A stretch of DNA of 24,000 nucleotides from Endozoicomonas sp. OPT23 (GTDB lineage Bacteria; Pseudomonadota; Gammaproteobacteria; Pseudomonadales; Endozoicomonadaceae), in the NCBI RefSeq assembly GCF_009653635.1, contig NZ_PPFD01000003.1:490955-514954 (forward strand), given 5' to 3'. The position numbers were made by a program, and so were the translations under genes. The notes beneath the pieces are model-generated. The model did no database searches, was not told the DNA's origin, and saw only the letters and a program-made list of their open reading frames with translations. Shown here piece after piece: positions 7,977 to 15,539 of this stretch; the first letter of the stretch is position 1, and every line of letters begins with the position of its first letter.

Positions 7977-8444
7977 ATGGACAGCATAGACCTTACTGTA
8001 TACGACAAAGCCAAATACCACGAAAAGACCGTTCAAAAGAATCAGCTACCCAAAGAGCAGGCATCCATTCACACCGCCTTCTACCTTGGCTGGCTGATAG
8101 AAAACGATCTGGTCAGTGAAGGTTTTAAGGAAGACTGCGAGGATGCACTGGCTGGCTATTTTGATCACTCTTTGTCTGCAATCGATGTCTACAACTGCTG
8201 GAATCGGACCTTGAGCGACGACATGCTTTCTTTTGAAGGCAACCAGTTCACTATGTCCTATTTCAACTTTGAAAAAGGCGAATATCTCAAGGACTACTCG
8301 GAAGTTCTGGTTAAGGAACTACCGTCAGAATTCCACGTCACTTACAACCGTGCCAATCAGGAATTGATCAATCAGCGTATTTCAGAAAAGTTCAAAATCT
8401 GGCAGGAAAAGCGTAACAAGCCCTTCTGGAAGTTCTGGCAATAG
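7977..8444 (+). CDS. Cytoplasmic protein of unknown function (155 aa)
   Basis: ORF with no signal peptide. The pattern YDKAKYH...LP.E.A..HTAFYLGWLIENDLVSE...L..D.L..EGN.F...YF resembles a widespread bacterial family of unknown function. I recognise it only by pattern and cannot give an accession. The SD is weak. Confidence 0.65.
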   Translation: MDSIDLTVYDKAKYHEKTVQKNQLPKEQASIHTAFYLGWLIENDLVSEGFKEDCEDALAGYFDHSLSAIDVYNCWNRTLSDDMLSFEGNQFTMSYFNFEKGEYLKDYSEVLVKELPSEFHVTYNRANQELINQRISEKFKIWQEKRNKPFWKFWQ

Positions 8445-8505
8445 CACCACTCTGAGACGCCGCTTCTGTAGGTAAGACTTGCCTTTGTTGGGGTTAACGA
8501 TAACT

Positions 8506-8544
8506 ATTCTATCTATGAATCTAAAAATCACTTATGGATAGAAT
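8506..8544 (+). promoter_or_regulatory. 8-bp perfect inverted repeat ATTCTATC-N23-GATAGAAT ending 2 nt before the sbmA-like start codon
   Basis: Arms at 8506-8513 and 8537-8544. The 3' arm covers the position where an SD would lie. Confidence 0.3.
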
Positions 8545-8546
8545 GA

Positions 8547-9542
8547 ATGTTTAAATCGTTTTTTCTTAATAAAAAGTGGCTGCTCTGGTCACTGATAGGC
8601 TCCACAGCCATCCTTCTGGTGACCTGGTATAAGGTCCAGCTGGACGTCAGAATCAACGAGTGGTTTGGTAGCTTTTACAACACGATTCAGGAGTCTCTGG
8701 GCAATCCCGGCAAACACACCTTTGATGAGTTTCTGGCGCAGTGCCTGCAGTTTGCTGAAATAGCCGGCATCTACATCGTAGTTGCAGTGCTTCTCGACTT
8801 CTTCATCAAACATTATGTATTCCGCTGGCGCACAGCCATGAATGAATACTATATGGCCAACTGGCACAAGGTTCGTCATATTGAAGGTGCGGCACAGCGT
8901 GTGCAGGAAGACACCATGCGCTTCGCCAGAATCATGGAGTCTCTGGGCGTTGCTTTCATGCGCTCGCTGATGACCCTGGTTGCTTTCCTACCCATCCTTT
9001 GGGGCTTGAGCTCCCACGTTACCGAACTGCCCTGGATCGGTCACGTTGAGCACGCTTTTGTCTTTATCGCCATTATCTCCGCAGCCACAGGTACTGTATT
9101 GCTGGCTGCCGTGGGTATAAAACTGCCTGGACTGGAATTCAATAACCAGCGGGTAGAAGCGGCTTATCGAAAAGAGCTGGTGCTGGGTGAAGATCATGCA
9201 GAAAGAGCAGATCCTCCAACTGTCAAAGAACTGTTTGGTAATGTCCGTAAAAACTATTTCACCCTCTACCTGCATTATCTCTACTTTGATGTGGCCAAGT
9301 GGTCCTATCTCCAGTTCACCGTCATTGTTCCTTACATTGCCATGGGCCCGACTATTGTTGCCGGAGCTATCACACTGGGTGTGATGCAACAGGTGATCCG
9401 TGCATTCGGCAGAGTAGAAGAGTCCTTCCAGTTCCTGGTGAATTCCTGGGGCGTAATTGTTGAATTGATTTCTATCTACAAGCGTTTGAAGGCGTTTGAG
9501 CAGGTAATAGATGACCACTCTGAAGGGGTCACTGAAGCTTAA
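8547..9542 (+). CDS. sbmA: SbmA/BacA-family peptide (antimicrobial peptide/microcin) importer, short form
   Basis: MFKSFF...; the block [39 protein letters not shown] is nearly identical to E. coli SbmA ([39 protein letters not shown]). [23 protein letters not shown] is also shared. An in-frame TGA at 8544-8546 precludes an N-terminal extension. Confidence 0.9.
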   Translation: [331 protein letters not shown]

Positions 9543-9553
9543 ATCTTATATAC

Positions 9554-9582
9554 AAAAAAGCCTCCGCAGTGGAGGCTTTTTT
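9554..9582. terminator. Bidirectional rho-independent terminator shared by sbmA (+) and ssb (-)
   Basis: AAAAAAGCCTCC-gcagt-GGAGGCTTTTTT: a GC-rich 6-bp stem flanked by an A6 run and a T6 run. Confidence 0.85.
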
Positions 9583-9601
9583 GTATGGCGATATTCCGGC
9601 C

Positions 9602-10228
9602 TCAGAACGGGATATCGTCATCAAAATCATCAAAGCCACCAGCAGCTGCAGGAGCTGGCTGTTGCTGAGGTGCTGCCTGCTGTTGTCTCTGCTGCTGTGG
9701 AGCAGGTGCAGGACGTGACTGCGGCTGCTGGCCGTAAGCTTGCTGTTGAGGAGCAGCCTGCTGTTGTTGTGGTTGCTGCGGTGCGTACTGCTGCTGAGGT
9801 GCAGACTGAGGCTGCTGTTGCGGAGCCTGTTGCTGATAACCACCACCGGCAGGCGCCTGTCCGCCCATACCGCCTTCACGGCCATCAAGCATCTGCATCT
9901 GGCCACTGAATCCGTCTACAACGATTTCTGTCGTGTAACGATCCTGACCCTGCTGATCCTGCCACTTACGAGTCTGCAGTTTACCTTCGATGTAAACCTT
10001 GGAACCCTTACGCAGGTACTGCTGTGCAATCTCAGCCAGCTTGCCAAAAATGGCAACACGGTGCCATTCTGTTTTTTCCTGACGCTGCTGAGTGTTTTTG
10101 TCCATCCAGGTTTCACTGGTCGCCACGCTCAGGTTGGCAATGGCGCTGCCATTTGGAGTGAAGCGGACGTCTGGATCATTGCCCAGATTACCAACCAAAA
10201 TGACTTTGTTGACACCACGTGTTGCCAT
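9602..10228 (-). CDS. ssb: Single-stranded DNA-binding protein with a long Gln/Pro-rich linker
   Basis: [41 protein letters not shown] is a canonical OB-fold N-terminus. The C-terminal acidic tip is DFDDDIPF. 208 aa. Confidence 0.97.
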   Translation of the reverse strand: MATRGVNKVILVGNLGNDPDVRFTPNGSAIANLSVATSETWMDKNTQQRQEKTEWHRVAIFGKLAEIAQQYLRKGSKVYIEGKLQTRKWQDQQGQDRYTTEIVVDGFSGQMQMLDGREGGMGGQAPAGGGYQQQAPQQQPQSAPQQQYAPQQPQQQQAAPQQQAYGQQPQSRPAPAPQQQRQQQAAPQQQPAPAAAGGFDDFDDDIPF

Positions 10229-10304
10229 CAGTATCTCCAGTATTCAATAAAATTCGTTTTGTCAGTACAGCATAATAGGAACTGTCGCCATATAAACAAC
10301 AGGA

Positions 10305-11645
10305 TCAGCACTCGCCGTATTGGCGCAGCACTGTCATATCCACTACTTTCTTATCCACTTTCAGATAGGCAGTTTTTTCGCTATCCAGCACAGTGACTTC
10401 TTCAACCCCGGGGATAATGGCCAGTTCCTTGCCAATTGTTCGTGCATCCAGGCTCACCGATGAGTCGAGGGCCATAACCATACTGCTGACATAGGGGGGT
10501 TGTTTCATGGTAACAGACAATAACCACCAGAGTGCAGTAGGAATTACACAAACAATAATAACGCCATTCATGCCCCAGTTTTGCATAGCAAGACCACCTA
10601 AGGAGCCACCCAGTGCAGCACCCAGGAACTGACTGGTTGAGTAGATCCCCATGGACGTTCCGCGGGTGCCTGAAGGTGAGAGTTTACTCACCAGCGATGG
10701 CAGAGTGGCTTCAAGGAAATTGAAAGCCGCAAAGAACAGGAAAATACCCAGCAGCACACCGTTCACATTCGACATCGCAGCAACAGCCGCCAGCAGAACA
10801 GTGATAGAGCCAACAAAGCACTGTTTGAGCTTTCGTTTGGATTCACTGAAGATGATCACCGGGATAATCATCACAAAAGAGATAGCCAGAGCAGCCACGT
10901 AAATCCAGCCATGGTTGTCACGGGGAATCTCCAGTGACTTTTCCAGCACCTGAGGCAAATAAACAAAAAGAGCCATCAAAACAAAATGCAGAGTAAAAAT
11001 GCCTGCCATCAAACGCAGCATCTCCGGATTCTTCACCACCTTAACCAAATCATTTTTGCTGAATTTGGTGTTCAGATCAGTTCGGGTCACCACCGGTGTT
11101 GGTACCAATGTCAGAAGAACCGCGATACCGAGGCCAGCCATTATGGCATTACTGGTAAACAGGCCAGTCAGCCCCCACCAACCGGCAAACAGTGGCCCCA
11201 GAAGCATGGCTATTGAGAAGGAAAAGCCAATACTCATACCAAATACCGCCATGGCTTTGGTTCGGTGTTGCTCACGAGTCAGGTCAGCCAGAAGCGCAGT
11301 CACAGCACCGGCTACGGCACCACAACCCTGAAGAATACGACCAAAGATCACGCCATGCATTGTGTCGGCGTAAGCAGCCACCAGACTACCGATCATAAAG
11401 ATCAGCATACCGACGACAATGACGGGTTTACGGCCAAAGCGATCCGACATCCAGCCAAAGGGAATTTGCAGTACCGCCTGACTCAGGCCATAAGCTCCAA
11501 TGGCCAGTCCGGCAAGCGCCGGAGTAAACCCTTCCAGTTCTTTGGAATAGAGGACCAGAACGGGCAGGACCATAAAGAGCCCGAACATACGAAAAACAAA
11601 GACCAGTGAGAGCGAGACGGTCGATTTCAGTTCCTGTGGAGACAT
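10305..11645 (-). CDS. MFS transporter with a cytoplasmic C-terminal extension of about 65 aa
   Basis: The profile is multi-TM. MFS motif A is present: GWMSDRFGRKPV. Its position upstream of ssb and opposite uvrA mirrors the Pseudomonas arrangement. I prefer ATG 11645 (MSPQELKSTVSL...) to the track's GTG 11699. Confidence 0.88.
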   Translation of the reverse strand: MSPQELKSTVSLSLVFVFRMFGLFMVLPVLVLYSKELEGFTPALAGLAIGAYGLSQAVLQIPFGWMSDRFGRKPVIVVGMLIFMIGSLVAAYADTMHGVIFGRILQGCGAVAGAVTALLADLTREQHRTKAMAVFGMSIGFSFSIAMLLGPLFAGWWGLTGLFTSNAIMAGLGIAVLLTLVPTPVVTRTDLNTKFSKNDLVKVVKNPEMLRLMAGIFTLHFVLMALFVYLPQVLEKSLEIPRDNHGWIYVAALAISFVMIIPVIIFSESKRKLKQCFVGSITVLLAAVAAMSNVNGVLLGIFLFFAAFNFLEATLPSLVSKLSPSGTRGTSMGIYSTSQFLGAALGGSLGGLAMQNWGMNGVIIVCVIPTALWWLLSVTMKQPPYVSSMVMALDSSVSLDARTIGKELAIIPGVEEVTVLDSEKTAYLKVDKKVVDMTVLRQYGEC

Positions 11646-11870
11646 TCCTGACTTCTTTAATAAGGTACTAAATGTAATAAGGTAAGTGTGTAGACACACG
11701 CAGTCGAATATTAAGTGGCTGTTTGCCCACGAATTCGTATATCTGAATACTTACTAAAGCAAACAGCAAAGTTTATCAGGAAACAGCTTCAGAGGGAGAG
11801 GGCTGTTCATTTTTCATCGGCAGAAAATTAAGCTCTGAACTATTCTGATGACTCTGAAAGGCCGTTTCTG

Positions 11871-11896
11871 GCTCAAGGATCTCGCTCAAGGATCGA
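11871..11896. repeat. Tandem 13-bp direct repeat (GCTCAAGGATCTC / GCTCAAGGATCGA)
   Basis: Two adjacent copies with 11 of 13 positions identical, ending 28 bp upstream of the 11924 ATG. Confidence 0.6.
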
Positions 11897-11923
11897 GTAA
11901 TAAAAAAGAATTCGATGTAAGCT

Positions 11924-12574
11924 ATGCACCAGTTCCGCTTCCTTTTTTTACTGCTGCTGATGTCAGGCACAATTAGTGCTGAAGAAAATTTTCACAGTAA
12001 TCCGGAGAATTTCTTCAGTAACATTCATCTGGAATTTACTCCCGTTCCCGAAAACTATGCTCCAAGAAACTATAGTGCCAGCCGTCATATTTGTATCCCC
12101 GCCAGCAATCAAAGTTTATTGCTGGGAAGTTGTTCTCTAGAACAGAGCCCCCTGGAACAAAGCCTTCGAGTACAGATAAATTCTGATAACAACTATTTTT
12201 TCACCCTGCCATTCACTATGCGTTTAAGCATGCTGACGATGGGAGTATTGAAAGCGTTTGAGAACTATCAAAAAGTAATGTGTAAATCCGGCCATTGCTG
12301 CAGCTCGAAAGCCAATACTCAAACCATCAAGAAAACGTTTATTGCGGTCTATCTGGCTATGGGGTTAAGCCACTTCCTTGAAGAACAGATCACCAGCACA
12401 GTTGATGTGATTACAGGGTACAGCTATGAGATGTTTCACTTCATGATGCTGGCCGGCTCTCTGGTAGCAAGAGCTGTTGATTGCGACTGTAAACACCCAT
12501 GGTTAAACAAACATGTGGGAATGGTTGCTCTCAACGTATTCTCCCTGCTCAACCCATATTCTCTGTTTCACTGA
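11924..12574 (+). CDS. Hypothetical exported or membrane protein (216 aa), orphan
   Basis: A long ORF in an AT-rich segment. The N-terminus MHQFRFLFLLLLMSGTISA|EENF is signal-peptide-like, and the C-terminal half is hydrophobic and amphipathic. It is Cys-rich (HCC, DCDC). The SD is poor and I recognise no family. Confidence 0.5.
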   Translation: MHQFRFLFLLLLMSGTISAEENFHSNPENFFSNIHLEFTPVPENYAPRNYSASRHICIPASNQSLLLGSCSLEQSPLEQSLRVQINSDNNYFFTLPFTMRLSMLTMGVLKAFENYQKVMCKSGHCCSSKANTQTIKKTFIAVYLAMGLSHFLEEQITSTVDVITGYSYEMFHFMMLAGSLVARAVDCDCKHPWLNKHVGMVALNVFSLLNPYSLFH

Positions 12575-12593
12575 AATCAAACAGCCAATCCCT

Positions 12594-12599
12594 TATAAT
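12594..12599 (+). promoter_or_regulatory. Candidate uvrA promoter -10 element (perfect TATAAT)
   Basis: TATAAT lies 40 bp upstream of the proposed uvrA start. The -35 region is poor and overlaps the palindrome CTGTTT-N10-AAACAG (12563-12584). Confidence 0.35.
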
Positions 12600-12638
12600 C
12601 TCCTGTTTGCTTTCAGGCTGTGCGGATAAGGAGTGGCT

Positions 12639-15461
12639 GTGGATAAAATTACGGTGCAGGGTGCCAGAACCCATAACCTGAAAAACATTGACCTTGAGAT
12701 GCCAAGGGACAGCCTGATTGTGATCACAGGCCTGTCCGGTTCCGGCAAATCTTCTCTGGCCTTTGATACGCTTTACGCTGAAGGCCAGCGTCGTTATGTA
12801 GAGTCACTCTCTGCGTATGCACGCCAGTTTCTTTCCATGATGGAAAAGCCGGACGTTGACCATATTGAAGGCTTATCACCGGCCATCTCTATCGAACAGA
12901 AGTCCACCAGCCACAACCCTCGTTCCACTGTCGGAACCATTACCGAGATTTACGACTACCTTCGTCTGCTCTTTGCCAGAACCGGTACTCCACGCTGCCC
13001 TAAACATCATCTGCCCCTGGAAGCACAGACCGTCAGCCAGATGGTTGACCAGGCTCTTGCGCTGCCGGAAGGCACCAAAATGATGTTGTTGGCGCCTGTC
13101 GTTCGAGATCGTAAGGGTGAACACCTGCATGTGTTTAACGAGCTGAAGACTCAGGGTTTTATCCGCGCCAGAATCAACGGCATTGTTACTGATCTGGATA
13201 CTCCACCGACTCTGGATAAAAAGAAGAAGCACACCATTGAAGTGGTTGTAGACCGTTTCAAGATTCGTGATGACCTTCAGCTGCGCCTATCGGAATCCTT
13301 TGAAACCGCACTGGACCTGACCGATGGCCTAGCCTCTCTCAGTTTTATGGACGGTGATCAGGACGATATTGTTTTCTCCGCCCGTTTTGCCTGCCCATCC
13401 TGTGGTTACAGCATTAATGAGCTAGAACCACGCATGTTCTCCTTCAACAATCCGGCAGGTGCCTGCCCTTCCTGTGACGGCTTGGGCGTGAAACAGTTCT
13501 TTGATGAAGGACGGATTATTCAACACCCTGAACTGACTCTGGCTGAAGGTGCTATCCGTGGCTGGGATCGCCGCAGTGTTTACTATTTCCATCTACTTAA
13601 ATCACTGGCTGGTCATTACGGCTTCGATATTGATACTCCGTTTGATGATCTCACAGCAGAACACCAGGCACTCATCCTGCAAGGGTCCGGTGATGAGCAG
13701 ATTGACTTCAGTTACGTAAACGACCGTGGCGATGTTTATAAAAAGCGTCACTGTTTTGAAGGCATCATTCCCAACTTTGAACGACGCTTCCGTGAAACCG
13801 AGTCCCAGTCCGTTCGTGAAGAACTGTCAAAGTATCTGAGCACATCGCACTGCCCCAGCTGTAACGGCGCACGACTGAGAACCGAATCTCGTCATGTCTT
13901 TATCAATGACGAGACTCTGCCGCAACTGGTTGAACAACCTGTCGAGAAAGCGCTGGATTACTTTCAGAACCTGACTATGCCGGGGCAGAAAGGCGAGATT
14001 GCCGAGAAGATTCTCAAGGAAATTTGCGATCGTTTGAGCTTCCTCGTCAATGTTGGCCTGAACTATCTGACACTGGATCGCAGCGCAGACACTCTATCCG
14101 GTGGTGAAGCCCAGCGTATTCGTCTGGCTAGCCAGATTGGTGCCGGTCTTGTCGGCGTTATGTACATTCTGGATGAGCCCAGCATTGGTCTGCATCAGCG
14201 TGATAATGAACGTCTGCTTGGTACGCTTACACGACTCCGTGACCTTGGTAATACAGTTATCGTCGTAGAACACGACGAAGATGCCATTCGTATGGCAGAC
14301 CATGTTATTGATATTGGCCCCGGCGCAGGTGTTCATGGTGGTCAGATCATTGCTCAGGGAACGCCTGCACAGGTGATGAGTGATCCTGAATCAATAACAG
14401 GTCAATATCTTTCCGGTATCCGTAAAATCGCTATCCCTGAACAGCGCACACCGGTTGATAAAAAGAAGATGCTCAAGCTGTCAGGCTGTTCCGGTAACAA
14501 CCTGAAGAATGTCAGCCTTGAAATTCCGGTGGGTCTGATGACCTGCGTTACCGGTGTTTCCGGCTCCGGTAAATCAACACTGATTAACGGCACTCTTTAT
14601 CCTTTGGCAGCAACGGCCTTGAACAAGGCCTCCACCCTGACCGCAGCAAAACATAAGAAAATCACTGGTATCAGTAACTTCGATAAATGCATCGATATTG
14701 ACCAGAGCCCTATTGGCCGTACACCACGCTCAAATCCTGCAACCTATACCGGTATTTTCACGGCCATTCGTGACCTGTTTGCCGGCACACAAGAAGCCCG
14801 ATCCCGTGGCTACAAGCCTGGACGTTTCAGCTTTAACGTTAAAGGCGGTCGTTGCGAAGCCTGTCAGGGTGACGGTGTCATAAAAGTAGAAATGCACTTC
14901 CTGCCGGATATCTATGTGCCTTGTGACGTTTGTAAGGGCAAACGGTATAACCGTGAAACTCTGGACGTTAAATACAAGGGCAAGAGTATCCATGAAGTGC
15001 TGGATATGACCGTGGAAGACGCTCTGGAATACTTTGAGCCGATTCCTGCCGTTAAACGCAAACTGCAAACACTGATGGATGTAGGTCTGTCGTATATTCG
15101 TCTGGGGCAGAATGCGACAACACTGTCTGGCGGTGAAGCTCAGCGGGTGAAGCTGGCGAAAGAGCTGTCCAAGCGTGATACCGGCAAGACACTGTATATT
15201 CTGGATGAGCCGACCACAGGTCTGCACTTCCACGATATTGAGCAGCTACTGGCGGTACTGCATCGACTGAGGGATCACGGTAATACCGTTGTTGTTATCG
15301 AACATAACCTGGACGTGATCAAAACGGCCGACTGGGTAGTAGACCTGGGCCCTGAAGGTGGTGATGGCGGTGGCGAGATTATTGCGACTGGCACGCCTGA
15401 AACAGTTACCGCCAATAAAGTTTCTCATACTGGGCATTTTCTTAAACCGATGCTTGGTTAA
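12639..15461 (+). CDS. uvrA: Excinuclease ABC subunit A
   Basis: [19 protein letters not shown] matches E. coli [19 protein letters not shown]. There are two ABC modules: Walker [10 protein letters not shown] and GVSGSGKST, and the signature LSGGEAQR appears twice. Zn-finger pairs are CPSCGY/CPSCDG and [15 protein letters not shown] prefer GTG 12639, 5 nt after SD AAGGAG at 12628-12633, to the track's GTG 12633, which overlaps the SD. Confidence 0.97.
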   Translation: MDKITVQGARTHNLKNIDLEMPRDSLIVITGLSGSGKSSLAFDTLYAEGQRRYVESLSAYARQFLSMMEKPDVDHIEGLSPAISIEQKSTSHNPRSTVGTITEIYDYLRLLFARTGTPRCPKHHLPLEAQTVSQMVDQALALPEGTKMMLLAPVVRDRKGEHLHVFNELKTQGFIRARINGIVTDLDTPPTLDKKKKHTIEVVVDRFKIRDDLQLRLSESFETALDLTDGLASLSFMDGDQDDIVFSARFACPSCGYSINELEPRMFSFNNPAGACPSCDGLGVKQFFDEGRIIQHPELTLAEGAIRGWDRRSVYYFHLLKSLAGHYGFDIDTPFDDLTAEHQALILQGSGDEQIDFSYVNDRGDVYKKRHCFEGIIPNFERRFRETESQSVREELSKYLSTSHCPSCNGARLRTESRHVFINDETLPQLVEQPVEKALDYFQNLTMPGQKGEIAEKILKEICDRLSFLVNVGLNYLTLDRSADTLSGGEAQRIRLASQIGAGLVGVMYILDEPSIGLHQRDNERLLGTLTRLRDLGNTVIVVEHDEDAIRMADHVIDIGPGAGVHGGQIIAQGTPAQVMSDPESITGQYLSGIRKIAIPEQRTPVDKKKMLKLSGCSGNNLKNVSLEIPVGLMTCVTGVSGSGKSTLINGTLYPLAATALNKASTLTAAKHKKITGISNFDKCIDIDQSPIGRTPRSNPATYTGIFTAIRDLFAGTQEARSRGYKPGRFSFNVKGGRCEACQGDGVIKVEMHFLPDIYVPCDVCKGKRYNRETLDVKYKGKSIHEVLDMTVEDALEYFEPIPAVKRKLQTLMDVGLSYIRLGQNATTLSGGEAQRVKLAKELSKRDTGKTLYILDEPTTGLHFHDIEQLLAVLHRLRDHGNTVVVIEHNLDVIKTADWVVDLGPEGGDGGGEIIATGTPETVTANKVSHTGHFLKPMLG

Positions 15462-15473
15462 ACCGTAATTTGA

Positions 15474-15515
15474 AAAGTATGAGGAAGCAGCTTGCTCTTT
15501 CTCATACTTTTTGAA
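15474..15515 (+). terminator. Rho-independent terminator of uvrA
   Basis: AAAGTATGAG (15474-15483) pairs with CTCATACTTT (15501-15510). There is an inner AGCA/TGCT helix, and the run of T continues to 15512. It starts 13 nt after the uvrA stop. Confidence 0.75.
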
Positions 15516-15539
15516 AGCTTGTACATATACATATCACTT

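Noticed and set aside
7484-8444. The GNAT plus the following small ORF as a GNAT-toxin/antitoxin pair.
   Set aside because: GNAT toxins have a small upstream RHH/DUF1778 antitoxin with overlapping or abutting genes. Here the partner is downstream, is 155 aa, is separated by 58 bp, and belongs to a different widespread family. The GNAT resembles ordinary stand-alone acetyltransferases.
8988-9518. A 176-aa ORF antisense to the sbmA-like gene. Similar antisense ORFs occur at 14730-15233 (uvrA), 17839-18483 and 18517-19011 (KamA-family), 22695-23183 and 23056-23598 (rpoA/rpsD), 16295-16708 (SDR start) and 12876-13232 (uvrA).
   Set aside because: Each overlaps a strongly supported conserved gene on the opposite strand and has no SD or recognisable motif. 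Antisense open frames are common opposite highly conserved genes.
9511-10396. Long ORFs in other frames on both strands over ssb (9511-9909 +, 9529-9906 -, 9740-10396 +, 9916-10116 -).
   Set aside because: They are artefacts of the CAG/CTG-rich low-complexity linker of ssb, which keeps all frames open. The translations are low-complexity L/R/S/Q strings.
10229-12640. A search for a canonical SOS/LexA box (CTGT-N8-ACAG) at the uvrA, ssb and MFS promoters.
   Set aside because: None was found by eye. The closest matches are CTG-N8-CAG (12571-12584, 12603-12616), which have the wrong spacing. I therefore do not annotate a LexA site. uvrA is not SOS-controlled in all gammaproteobacteria.
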